This document shows positions 37,272-47,066 of a DNA stretch of 64,000 nt, one piece after another. Numbering within the stretch: position 1 is the first letter of the stretch; the number at the start of each line of letters is the position of its first letter. The DNA lies in assembly GCA_049889275.1 (NCBI GenBank), contig JBMHDS010000078.1:25159-89158 (forward strand), in the 5' to 3' direction. Below the pieces are notes generated by a model. That model was not told where the DNA came from. It saw only the letters and a list, made by a program, of their open reading frames with translations, and ran no database searches. The DNA comes from Bradymonadia bacterium. GTDB lineage: Bacteria; Myxococcota_A; Bradymonadia; UBA7976; UBA1532. The position numbers and the translations under genes were made by a program.

Positions 37272-39974
37272 ATGCGACTGTTTTCTATCATTATTGCGAT
37301 GAGTATCACCGCCTGTGACGCACCATCGCCATTAGCCCTACAAACCCAAGACCGTGGCATGCCTATGGTTGATTCAGCGCCGAGCCGAGATGGCTCGCCG
37401 ACCGTGGACATGCGCGTCGATGGTTCTATGCCAGATGGTGACGTCATCGATGCGATGCCGTTGATGGATGAGGGGGTCATGGACGCCGAAGAGCCCGACC
37501 AAGCCATGGATATGGGCATGCCTCAAGATCATTGCGTTCGAGCCGGTGAGGCAAGCGATGGATTTTCAACACCAGGCCACGGACAGGTCACCATCGCATT
37601 CGGCGGTCAGACAAACTATCTGGTGTGGGCTGATGAGCAGGGCGTACATCAATGTCGGCTCGATGGTAACGGGACATTCGATTCACCGCGCCAGCTTATC
37701 GAGGACCAATCCGAAATCGAATGGGTCACCTCGCTGAGAGCCGGCGGGACCACCTGGATTGCATATGGTGCCCGTGACCTGCCGATTCGCATTTATCAGG
37801 CTCATCGGCCGGCAGTGTCTCTCATGACGCTTGCAACCGACGCACTCACCTTGGTTGGTCAACCCCATTTGGCCGAGGCCGATGGACAGGTGGTGGTCGT
37901 GGGCATCACGCCGGAGGCGTCGGTGGGTTGGCAAGTGCTGTCCACTGACCTCGGTGTGTTGGGGCCAGCTTTCTCTGATACGAGCGGTCTGCCCATTCCC
38001 GATAGTGTGGCAACGACAACAGGCGGCATCTTGTTGAGATTTGGGCAAACAGGCCAGTGTGTCTTTGTAAATGCATCGAACTGGCTCGCGCAAGGCAACT
38101 TACCGTGCAGGACAGACGAGGGCGGCCTGTTGTCCGCAGGCCAGCATGCACTCCTTTGGCATCTCGAACAACTTGGCGCCGAACAGTTTATGACGCTTCG
38201 TTCTCTCTATGATGAGGACGGCGTTTTGCGCATCGGAAAATTCGACGTACCCGAATTGGTCGCCCATCAGGTCTATCGTGGCTATAAACCTTTGATCGGG
38301 CGCCGCGCGGTCACAAGTCCACAGGAACGACAAGGAGATATCCAACTTTATATGGCGGGCACCAGTCAGCTGTTCGAATCTATGGTGACTTGGGATGGTG
38401 GATGGCCGTGGGCTGATGCCCGCGCTGTGGCGCTCGCACAACTCCCCGAGCGTATCAGCGAGGGATTGTGTCCCGATCAGGAGACAGCGTGCCTGCAGGA
38501 TGCGGACTGCGGAGATAATCTCGTTTGTTCGGGGGCCGCGAACAGCCAACATGCGCTCATTGTTAGGTTCGACCAGAGCCCGACCCCGACCATCGAATAC
38601 GTACCCATGATCGAACGTTCGCTTCGTTCCACGGCGACAATCTTTAACGTGGACCTCTCATGTCTACCGCGCCCGGAGTCCTGTGACCGCCGCGACCAAG
38701 ATTGTGACGGCCTTATCGATGATGGCATTTGCTGTGGAACCGCCGATGATACCCGCGTGCTGCGTAAGCAATTCGTGACCCGAGGGCCGGTCGAGGAGTT
38801 TCTCATCGGGGATAATGAATGGCGAGATGCATACCTGGTGGCTTACCGTTATTTAGACAACAACGGGCAGTCGCGCTGGTCGGCGGTCCGAGCACGCTAT
38901 GTATACGACAACCCGATCTCGCCGAATCGAAGAGCGATCGATATGGACATCGAAGAGATAGGCGATTGCAATCAAGCCGGCGCTCAGTGTCTTAATTTTC
39001 CGAACGATGGCTCAACACCATTCACTCGACTTGCCGGCGAAGGTCGCTATTTTAACGGCGTGGGTGGTGCAAGAGTCTTCATCGCACGGCAATCCGAGGG
39101 TGATGATGCTGGTCGATGGGGCGTACATTGGATACACCGAAATCGTGCACTCCGAGGTTCAGATGCCCAGCCCGATATCCTCCCGGCCGAATGCGACGAC
39201 ATCCTCGCTGTCGAGGCGCTGCGCCTACAGGACGGTGAGTCCGTTGTCATCGTATGTCGAGACAGAATCCTGCGTTACTTCGCAACCGATGAGCGGGAAA
39301 ATCAGAGTTGGCTCTTCAGTAGTGCTGCGCTCGGACGGATTCAGCCAATCTCTTGGGCGACAGTAAGACGTCGACTTGTGACCGATCGCCATGATACGGC
39401 CTTCGATGTACTCGTCGGGTTCCGCTCGAGTCTTGGTAATCTTCGCTTGCGACTGTACGACTTTGTGGCCGGCGCTAACGGGCCGCCGGTGAGCGTTGAG
39501 ACACCTGATCTACTTAATTTTGCGGAGGAGGATGACCTGAATGAGCCGGTTTATTTAAGCGCTCAATTGGGTGGCCCCCCCATTCGTGTTCCCATCGATA
39601 AACCGCAAGCACTCTTCGGTGAAACAGACGAAGAGGGACAGCGCATACTGGTATGGCGCGATATCCTCACATCACGTCTACTCGATGGCGCCTCGTACTC
39701 AGGTTTATCGTATCAGCTCTTTACAAGCGCCCCCCTATCCAACCCAGACACGGGGGCGACGCAGCGTGGCTATTGGGCGGTGGCGACAGCCGGTGATCGT
39801 GGACAATACAATCTCTGGGCAACAGATACGGTCCACATTGAAGATGGCGATGTGGTCGCGTGGACATCGATGAAGTCTGACTATCTCCGACCCCTCGTCC
39901 AAATCGTTAAAGTAAACGAGGATTCAAACGTTTTCGAAATCGGGGCCATCGAACTAGAGTGCCGTGGGTTCTAA
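37272..39974 (+). CDS. Large (900-aa) secreted lipoprotein, function unknown
   Basis: Lipobox AMSITACDAP. There is a single C-x-D-x-D-C-D-G motif (CDRRDQDCDGLIDDG). No other recognisable domains. Confidence 0.55.
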   Translation: MRLFSIIIAMSITACDAPSPLALQTQDRGMPMVDSAPSRDGSPTVDMRVDGSMPDGDVIDAMPLMDEGVMDAEEPDQAMDMGMPQDHCVRAGEASDGFSTPGHGQVTIAFGGQTNYLVWADEQGVHQCRLDGNGTFDSPRQLIEDQSEIEWVTSLRAGGTTWIAYGARDLPIRIYQAHRPAVSLMTLATDALTLVGQPHLAEADGQVVVVGITPEASVGWQVLSTDLGVLGPAFSDTSGLPIPDSVATTTGGILLRFGQTGQCVFVNASNWLAQGNLPCRTDEGGLLSAGQHALLWHLEQLGAEQFMTLRSLYDEDGVLRIGKFDVPELVAHQVYRGYKPLIGRRAVTSPQERQGDIQLYMAGTSQLFESMVTWDGGWPWADARAVALAQLPERISEGLCPDQETACLQDADCGDNLVCSGAANSQHALIVRFDQSPTPTIEYVPMIERSLRSTATIFNVDLSCLPRPESCDRRDQDCDGLIDDGICCGTADDTRVLRKQFVTRGPVEEFLIGDNEWRDAYLVAYRYLDNNGQSRWSAVRARYVYDNPISPNRRAIDMDIEEIGDCNQAGAQCLNFPNDGSTPFTRLAGEGRYFNGVGGARVFIARQSEGDDAGRWGVHWIHRNRALRGSDAQPDILPAECDDILAVEALRLQDGESVVIVCRDRILRYFATDERENQSWLFSSAALGRIQPISWATVRRRLVTDRHDTAFDVLVGFRSSLGNLRLRLYDFVAGANGPPVSVETPDLLNFAEEDDLNEPVYLSAQLGGPPIRVPIDKPQALFGETDEEGQRILVWRDILTSRLLDGASYSGLSYQLFTSAPLSNPDTGATQRGYWAVATAGDRGQYNLWATDTVHIEDGDVVAWTSMKSDYLRPLVQIVKVNEDSNVFEIGAIELECRGF

Positions 39975-39983
39975 ACTATTCTG

Positions 39984-40613
39984 TCATTCATCGTCAGTTG
40001 AAGCCGCCTCCGCTTCGAGTGGCCTGGGTGCACGAGATGCCTGGCGGCGAGCGTTATCGTCCTCTAGCGAACGCTCAAGCCCGGCGCTCTCAACCACCTG
40101 GTCCGTCATCTGAATCAGCCAGTGGCGAGGTAGAATAAAGTGAATCAGAATCGTACTTGCGGCCGCAAGGTGAAGAATCGCGGCAAAGTGAAACCCTGGT
40201 GCCTCAGACACGTTAAAGATACCACTCGCACGGAGCACTTCGCGAGCCGGAGCACGCTCCTCCCATAGAACGCCGGACAACAAGGTGCCGAGCAGGAAAA
40301 TCAACAGGGTCGTGACCCGGGACAATGCGTTGCCGTGGTAATAAGCAAAAAAATACCCCCGCAAGAATGCTGCAAGGGAAACGTATAATCCAAGCGGCAT
40401 GTACCAGTCCGCGGCACCACGCGCACGCATTGACAAGACCGCGAGTAAGGCTGCCGAGGCCATGAAGACGATCGTGACCAAGTTCGCCGGATCGAAGAAT
40501 GTCCAACCAAAGAATCCACGAATGCCTCGTGGACCGACCAACAACAAAGACTTGATGCCTTTTGATTGGGTTTCGGGGGGCGCTGAAGGATGCTTTGGAG
40601 TATTGTCTTTCAC
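39984..40613 (-). CDS. Hypothetical membrane protein (~4 TM)
   Basis: Four hydrophobic segments and an acidic C-terminal tail. The family is not recognised. Confidence 0.45.
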   Translation of the reverse strand: MKDNTPKHPSAPPETQSKGIKSLLLVGPRGIRGFFGWTFFDPANLVTIVFMASAALLAVLSMRARGAADWYMPLGLYVSLAAFLRGYFFAYYHGNALSRVTTLLIFLLGTLLSGVLWEERAPAREVLRASGIFNVSEAPGFHFAAILHLAAASTILIHFILPRHWLIQMTDQVVESAGLERSLEDDNARRQASRAPRPLEAEAASTDDE

Positions 40614-40697
40614 AGCGTTAGCATGCCTTGTACAGAGACGAAGGTAAAATTCTCAATCGAAGAGACCGTTGATTACGCTTGGTCTCATATAGCGCGC

Positions 40698-41354
40698 ATG
40701 GAAGTTATCATGAACCGGGGCAGCCGGCATATTTCACGAACCAAGCCACTGCTCGCGAGCTGCCTGCTGATGATACTCATGTCAGGTTGGTGGTTATGGG
40801 TGAGCGCTCAGTCCGCATCTTTTTCCGCGCCACACGACTTAGCTCGTTGGGCAGGTGCCGCCGAGATGAGTTCAATATTCAGTGAACCTTGGCGGCTGGT
40901 CAGTTCAACGGTTCTGCACTTACACCTCGAACATCTCGTCTTCAATGCACTATTCGTTACGATTCTCGCCGCTGGTCATGCCATTCAGACCACCAATCGC
41001 GAAACGCTCTGTATTTATTTTTTGTCAGGGGCAGGTGGGACATTGGCGGGTTGTGCTATGCAACACGGTCTATTTCTTGGGGCATCTGGCGCAATGTTTG
41101 GTTTGCTCGGGGCAAACATTGTCGCCATGCGAAACCGCGTGAACAAAGTTGAATTGACCCTTACCGCATGCGTTGCGTTGGCCCTAACATGGCTGAATCC
41201 AGGCGACCTTAATGCCCACATTGCAGGCCTCTTTCTCGGCTGTGTGCTCGAATTCTTGGGTCTTGCTCGTTCTCGCCGTTTCGCTTGGCTATTCATCGTC
41301 GTGTGTATGCTCGCCCTCAGCCTCGCAGTAACACATATGGTCAGCGAGAGCTGA
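40698..41354 (+). CDS. Rhomboid-family intramembrane serine protease
   Basis: LHLHLEHLVFN (H-x4-H-x3-N region), GASGAMFGLLGA (catalytic Ser) and NAHIAGLFLG (catalytic His). The start is moved to ATG 40698/40710 to avoid overlapping the neighbour. Confidence 0.7.
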   Translation: MEVIMNRGSRHISRTKPLLASCLLMILMSGWWLWVSAQSASFSAPHDLARWAGAAEMSSIFSEPWRLVSSTVLHLHLEHLVFNALFVTILAAGHAIQTTNRETLCIYFLSGAGGTLAGCAMQHGLFLGASGAMFGLLGANIVAMRNRVNKVELTLTACVALALTWLNPGDLNAHIAGLFLGCVLEFLGLARSRRFAWLFIVVCMLALSLAVTHMVSES

Positions 41355-41600
41355 GTGGCGCCACGGGCTATCTTAAGCGAAGACCCGTCCAACGACCACA
41401 ACACCTCAAAGCGCTGGCCGATTGGATAGCAGCAGGATAGTCTCTTGCTGAGAGCGCTGAGTCTAGCTTCAAGACAGGTGCTCAAACGCTTTGGATTAAG
41501 CTCGTTGAGTCTTTTGAGCTTTGCGCGCCAAAGCATGGGGGTAAAGCGCCCAAGGCCAGGGCGCGGTGCCTAGAGCTCGATAGCCGGAGGGACAACATAC

Positions 41601-42788
41601 GTGCCATCGTCATTCGCATCACATTGGTCCCTGGACCCAGAGATCGTATTCCTCAATCACGGCTCGTATGGCGCCTGCCCCAACAGAGTCCTCGCCCATC
41701 AACATCAACTCCGCCAACGAATCGAGCGACAGCCGGTGCAGTTCTTCATGCGCGACGGATTTGGTCTGCTCGATGAGGCCCGCGAATGTTTGGCCGACTT
41801 TGTGGGCGCCCGCGCTCAAGATTTGGTGTTCTTGCGCAACACAACGGAGGGTGTAAACGCCGTTGTTAGGTCCTTAGATTTCGCCGCAGGTGATCAAATT
41901 ATCGTCACCAACCACGGCTACAATGCATGCCGGAACATTGTTGAGTATGTCGCGTCGAAGACGGGTGCCGAGGTGGTCGTAGTTGACCTGCCATTCGTAG
42001 GCATCACCGAGGAGCAAGTCATCGATACAGTCACGCGGGCCGTGACCAACAAGACAAGACTCGCGATCATCGACCATATCACCAGCCCCACCGGTTTGGT
42101 CTTGCCGATAGCCCCACTCACAGCAGCTCTACAAGATGCGGGTGTCCCGGTATTGGTCGACGGTGCTCACGGACCCGGCATGGTCTCCCTAGACATGACT
42201 CAACTGTCCGCATCTTGGTATGTGGGCAATCTGCATAAGTGGGTCTGCGCCCCCAAGGGTGCGGCCTTTATGTGGATGAACAGCAATGTCCAAACACGTA
42301 CTCGGCCGGCCATCATTAGTCATGGCTACAATCTGAGAGCACTGATGCCCGAACGGCCTGGTCATCATCTCGAGTTCGATTGGATCGGTACCCATGACCC
42401 AACAGCCTGGCTCAGCGTGCCAGCGGCGATTGAATTTACGGCAAACATTTTTCCAAGGGGGTGGTCGGCGGTGATGAAGCGCAATCGGGCACTGGTTTTA
42501 GAAGCGCGCGAACTCATTGCCCGGAGGCTCAAGCTTGAACAACCGGTCACCGATTCGATGATCGGACATCTTGCAGCGCTCCCTATCCGCATCGAAAACG
42601 ATACGCTATCACCTTTATACGGCAGCGCCTTTCAGAAGAGGTTGCTCGATAAATACAAAATCGAAGTACCGGTGATTCCGTGGCCAGATTCAAACGCAAG
42701 ATTGATTCGCGTGTCCGCGGCGCTGCACAATTCCATCGAGGATTATGCGAAGCTCGCCGATGCACTTGAGAAAGAGCAATTATGCTAG
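41601..42788 (+). CDS. Class-V aminotransferase (isopenicillin-N-epimerase/cysteine-desulfurase-like, PLP-dependent)
   Basis: LNHGSYGACP at the N-terminus and GNLHKWVCAPKGAAF (PLP Lys). GTG start. Confidence 0.65.
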   Translation: MPSSFASHWSLDPEIVFLNHGSYGACPNRVLAHQHQLRQRIERQPVQFFMRDGFGLLDEARECLADFVGARAQDLVFLRNTTEGVNAVVRSLDFAAGDQIIVTNHGYNACRNIVEYVASKTGAEVVVVDLPFVGITEEQVIDTVTRAVTNKTRLAIIDHITSPTGLVLPIAPLTAALQDAGVPVLVDGAHGPGMVSLDMTQLSASWYVGNLHKWVCAPKGAAFMWMNSNVQTRTRPAIISHGYNLRALMPERPGHHLEFDWIGTHDPTAWLSVPAAIEFTANIFPRGWSAVMKRNRALVLEARELIARRLKLEQPVTDSMIGHLAALPIRIENDTLSPLYGSAFQKRLLDKYKIEVPVIPWPDSNARLIRVSAALHNSIEDYAKLADALEKEQLC

Positions 42789-43528
42789 AGATTACAGAAG
42801 TGTCCCGCCATTACGGTGATTTTGTCGCCGTTAATCAACTCAGCTTATCGGTCGCAGAGGGGACGATTTATGGTTTCTTGGGACCGAACGGAGCGGGCAA
42901 AACCACGACGATGAAGATGATTTGTGGTCTACTCAAGCCCACAAACGGGTCTATCGTGGTGGACGGTTTCAATGTTGTCGCCGAGCCAATTCAAGTAAAG
43001 CGACGCATCGGATATGTCCCGGACCGGCCACATCTCTACGAAAAACTCACCGCCATCGAATACATGTACTTCATTGGCGGCTTGTATGGAATTCGTCGAG
43101 ACCAAGGGCAAAAACGTGCGCGTGCGCTACTCGAGCAATTCGGTCTCGGTCGAGTGACGGACAAGCTCGTCGAAAGCTTTAGCCATGGCATGAAGCAACG
43201 GCTCGTCATGGCGTCAGTGATGCTGCATCGCCCGCGCTTAATGGTCGTTGATGAACCGATGGTGGGACTCGATCCTAAGGGCGCAAGATTATTAAAGGAT
43301 GTGCTCAAACATGAGTCCCAAGAAAACGGCATGACGGTGTTACTCAGCACCCATACGCTCGATGTTGCCGATGAAGTTTGTGAACAGGTCGCCGTGATTA
43401 ATCACGGCCAGCTTGTGGCGCGTGGAACGCCCGATGAGCTCAGGCAACAGACGGGTACGCAAGGGCAACGTCTCGAGGAGGTATTCCTACAATTGACCCA
43501 AGAAAGCGTTCAAGAACCAAAGGATTAG
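42782..43528 (+). CDS. ABC transporter ATP-binding protein (ABC-2/DrrA-like)
   Basis: GPNGAGKTTTMKMI (Walker A), FSHGMKQRL (signature) and MVVDEP (Walker B). It overlaps the upstream gene by 7 nt. No adjacent permease. Confidence 0.8.
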   Translation: MLEITEVSRHYGDFVAVNQLSLSVAEGTIYGFLGPNGAGKTTTMKMICGLLKPTNGSIVVDGFNVVAEPIQVKRRIGYVPDRPHLYEKLTAIEYMYFIGGLYGIRRDQGQKRARALLEQFGLGRVTDKLVESFSHGMKQRLVMASVMLHRPRLMVVDEPMVGLDPKGARLLKDVLKHESQENGMTVLLSTHTLDVADEVCEQVAVINHGQLVARGTPDELRQQTGTQGQRLEEVFLQLTQESVQEPKD

Positions 43529-43537
43529 CGGGAACAG

Positions 43538-45808
43538 CTAGGTCTGATCTGACTGGTCGGGGAACCGAAAAACAAACTCACCATCCTCAAAATCAACCAC
43601 CAACGCACCACCATCCGCCAGCCGGCCGAATAGCAACTCGTCGGCGAGCGGTTGGCGTATATGGTCGCGAATCGCTCGGTTCATGGGTCGCGCACCGTTT
43701 TGCTTGTCAAACCCAACCTCGATCAAACGGTCAATGGCTGGGTCCTTGACGGTGAGCGCAACATCACGCTCAGCGAGTTGAGCTGCCAATTCACTAATGA
43801 ATTTCTCTGCGATGGAACGCATGACCTCGGGCTGGAGTGGAGCGAAGCGAATTCGTGCGTCGAGCCGATTACGGAACTCGGGTGAAAAGAGCCGTTTGTA
43901 AGCGGGATCATCATCACCACCGCGCGCGTCCTCGAGGCTCGAGAATCCTGGCCGTGTTCTCTGAAGATCGCGCGCACCAATATTACTTGTCATGATCAAA
44001 ATGACGTTGCGGAAATCCGTCTTCTTGCCGTTGTTGTCCGTCAATGAGCCGTGGTCCATGACCTGCAATAATAGATTAAACACATCGGGATGCGCCTTCT
44101 CAATTTCATCGAGGAGGAGAACGGCATGAGGTTGCTTCGCGATGGCATCGGTCAACAGACCGCCCTGGTCGTAGCCAACGTAGCCCGGCGGGGCACCGAT
44201 CAATCGGCTGACGGTGTGCCGCTCCATATACTCGCTCATATCGAAACGAATCAGCTCAAGGTTAAGACACGCCGCGAGTTGGCGACACACTTCCGTTTTT
44301 CCGACACCCGTAGGCCCAGTGAACAGGAAGGAGCCGATCGGCTTATCTGGATGAGAGAGCCCTGACCGGCCCATCTTGACAGCCGCTGCGAGCTGTTTGA
44401 CGGCTTCGTCCTGGCCAAAAATCGCGCTCGACAAATCGTCTTCGAGACGCGCGAGGCGTTGGCGGTCATCACCCGCAACGGACTTCGGTGGAATGCTGGC
44501 CATGCGAGCAATTGTGGTCTCTATATCGTCCACAGTGACCGCCTTACGACCGGCGAGCTTAACACTCGCAGCCGCTTCATCGATGATGTCGATTGCCTTG
44601 TCGGGCAAAAACCGATCATTGAGGTAGCGTCCTGCCAAGACGGCTGCCTCGCGCAGCGATTCGGAATCAAATTGGACACCGTGATAGCGACCGTACTGCT
44701 CGCTCAATCCACGTAATATTGACTCGGTCTCATCGATCGATGGTTCACCCACTTCGATCTTTTGGAAGCGACGCGCGAGCGCAGTATCTCGCTCGAAAAT
44801 GTTTCGATATTCGCGCCACGTCGTCGCGCCAACACAGCGAATTTTCCCGCGTGCTAGCAGCGGCTTTAAGATACTGGACGCATCCATCGCGCCACCGCTC
44901 GCCGCGCCGGCACCGATGAGCGTATGGATCTCATCGACGAACAAGACCGCGTCGGGCAGCTCCTCGAGTTGTCGCACAACCGCCTTCATTCGATTCTCGA
45001 AATCACCCCGGTAGCGTGTACCGGCGATCAGGGCGCCCACGTCGAGTGAGTAGACAGTTGCTGCTTTCAGCGGGTCAGGTACGTCACCGCTGTCTATGGC
45101 GCGAGCAAGACCTTCAACGATAGCGGTTTTTCCGACACCAGCCTCACCCACAAATATTGGGTTATTTTTTCGCCGACGACTGAGAACATGGATACACCGC
45201 TCAAGCTCTTTCGCTCGTCCGATCATCGGGTCGATCCGACCCTCTGCGGCCTCCTCGTTGAGGTTGACAGTGAACTTCTCAAGAGCTTGCTCAGGCTCGA
45301 GCGCCTCACCGTCTTCGTCGCCACCCACTGAGAACATGCCCTCAGTGCCTCCATCGTCGGGACCGAGTCCATCACCGGCGCCACCGTGTGAAACATATTC
45401 CATCAACGCGATTCGACTGACGCCCTGAGACTTGAGCAAGTAGACGGCGTGACAATCTTCGAGGGCGTACATGGCGATCAGCACATGCGGACCTGCGACC
45501 TGCTCTCTTTCAGACGTTTGAGCGTTGATCACTGCGCGTTGGATGGCCGCGTGAAAACCAACTGAGGCCGCCGCCTCGACATCCATATGAGCAGGGAGCT
45601 TGGGTATACTGTCGGCCAGAAAAGCTTCGAGCTCATTCTTAAGCCAATCGACATTACCGCCGCAACGTCGGACCGCCCGAGCGGAGACAGCATCACACAG
45701 AAGCGCGAGCAGCAAATGCTCCGTGCCCGCAAACTCATGATGCCGATGTTGAGCCTCATCGAGTGCCGTTCGGATCGCAATCTGCAGTTCTTGGGTTAAC
45801 TCAGCCAC
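43538..45808 (-). CDS. clpA: ATP-dependent Clp protease ATP-binding subunit ClpA
   Basis: Clp-N repeats plus two AAA+ modules (GEAGVGKT and GPTGVGKT). There is no ClpB-type middle domain, and clpS lies immediately upstream. Confidence 0.9.
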   Translation of the reverse strand: MAELTQELQIAIRTALDEAQHRHHEFAGTEHLLLALLCDAVSARAVRRCGGNVDWLKNELEAFLADSIPKLPAHMDVEAAASVGFHAAIQRAVINAQTSEREQVAGPHVLIAMYALEDCHAVYLLKSQGVSRIALMEYVSHGGAGDGLGPDDGGTEGMFSVGGDEDGEALEPEQALEKFTVNLNEEAAEGRIDPMIGRAKELERCIHVLSRRRKNNPIFVGEAGVGKTAIVEGLARAIDSGDVPDPLKAATVYSLDVGALIAGTRYRGDFENRMKAVVRQLEELPDAVLFVDEIHTLIGAGAASGGAMDASSILKPLLARGKIRCVGATTWREYRNIFERDTALARRFQKIEVGEPSIDETESILRGLSEQYGRYHGVQFDSESLREAAVLAGRYLNDRFLPDKAIDIIDEAAASVKLAGRKAVTVDDIETTIARMASIPPKSVAGDDRQRLARLEDDLSSAIFGQDEAVKQLAAAVKMGRSGLSHPDKPIGSFLFTGPTGVGKTEVCRQLAACLNLELIRFDMSEYMERHTVSRLIGAPPGYVGYDQGGLLTDAIAKQPHAVLLLDEIEKAHPDVFNLLLQVMDHGSLTDNNGKKTDFRNVILIMTSNIGARDLQRTRPGFSSLEDARGGDDDPAYKRLFSPEFRNRLDARIRFAPLQPEVMRSIAEKFISELAAQLAERDVALTVKDPAIDRLIEVGFDKQNGARPMNRAIRDHIRQPLADELLFGRLADGGALVVDFEDGEFVFRFPDQSDQT

Positions 45809-46161
45809 TACTCGTCTTCCTCCTGCCCATCATCGTCCGCTTCGATCGTTAACTTGAGGGGCATCTCGTATTCTCGGGCTAAGGACTCAACCTGTATCTG
45901 CTTTGAGCGCGCGATATCGAGCGGGTATAGCCCCGCAATGCCTTTGCCCTGGGTGTGTATCTGCAACATCAAGGTCGTCGACTCTGAGTGCGACTTGTGG
46001 AAATAGCGCATCAGCGTCATCACCACGAAGTCACGCGTGGTATAATCATCATTGTGAAAGATGACCCGGTAAAGCGGCGGCCGCTTTAGCCTACGCCTCG
46101 TTAAGGTCTCTGTCTGCCCCTGCCGGTCGAGACGTCGATCATCATCCCGTCGATTACTCAA
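45808..46161 (-). CDS. clpS: ATP-dependent Clp protease adaptor ClpS
   Basis: YRVIFHNDDYTTRDFVVMTLMRYFHKS matches the ClpS core. It overlaps the clpA GTG start by 1 nt. Confidence 0.9.
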   Translation of the reverse strand: MSNRRDDDRRLDRQGQTETLTRRRLKRPPLYRVIFHNDDYTTRDFVVMTLMRYFHKSHSESTTLMLQIHTQGKGIAGLYPLDIARSKQIQVESLAREYEMPLKLTIEADDDGQEEDE

Positions 46162-46288
46162 AACTTGTCCTCATTACCTTGGTGCGGTGCACATGTCATC
46201 GAAGGGCCAACCCCGCGTAGACGGCTGCACGTCTGCTAGAGCATTTAAACACGTATCGGGTTTCGTCAAGACACGCCAATCGCCCGAG

Positions 46289-46972
46289 TTATGTCGTAGA
46301 TAAGAGAATGACAGAATACCCGACCAGATTGAAGCCCGCGTGCATCGCGATCGAGGGATAGAGGGAATTCGTAGAAAATCGAAGCCAAGCCAATACGAAA
46401 CCCAGTAAGCCCGTACCGATTGAATTGGCCACATCAAAATGCGCGATGCCAAACGCAATGGACGAAATGACCATGCTCGTGCGTACGTCGACCTTTCGCC
46501 TGAGTAAATCGATCAAACATCCACGGTAAAGAATCTCCTCGGCGATGGGGATTGCTAAGATGATTAAGATTGCAGTGAGGGTTGTCTGTAACGGAGGCTG
46601 CCCATCGAGCAACACCAAGTCGATTTGTGGGTTTAAGTCATTGCCCTCGACTGCGACACGGATGAGATTTGTCAGCCAACCGATGCCCGGTGCCGCGAAG
46701 ATGCCGAGTATGAATGCAAAGAGAACTGAATCAGCAGCGCGTGGTGGCGACGACCAGGCGAGCCGCTCACTTCGTAAAGCGCGTTGCAAGATGATGGCGA
46801 GAGCCACCAAACACAACGGCGTCCAAATCATTACCGCCAGCTTCGAGTTGTTGGTCGACAAACCCAAATATTGGATCAGCACGGCACCGACGAGCAGCCA
46901 TAAGGTCGACAGCAAAAGGGTCATCGCCGCGAGACCCACCGCTTCGCCGAGTTTTGAAAATGACCGATCCAA
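46289..46972 (-). CDS. CPBP-family (CAAX-like) intramembrane glutamic endopeptidase
   Basis: The EEILYRG, FGIAHF and HAGFN motifs occur in a polytopic protein. Confidence 0.75.
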   Translation of the reverse strand: MDRSFSKLGEAVGLAAMTLLLSTLWLLVGAVLIQYLGLSTNNSKLAVMIWTPLCLVALAIILQRALRSERLAWSSPPRAADSVLFAFILGIFAAPGIGWLTNLIRVAVEGNDLNPQIDLVLLDGQPPLQTTLTAILIILAIPIAEEILYRGCLIDLLRRKVDVRTSMVISSIAFGIAHFDVANSIGTGLLGFVLAWLRFSTNSLYPSIAMHAGFNLVGYSVILLSTT

Positions 46973-47066
46973 GTAACACCGCCCATGAGATTACCGCGAC
47001 ATTCTGACCATATGCTACAATGCTGTCCAACCAAAAGCCGGCCCCATGTTGAGAGAGGACTTAAGA

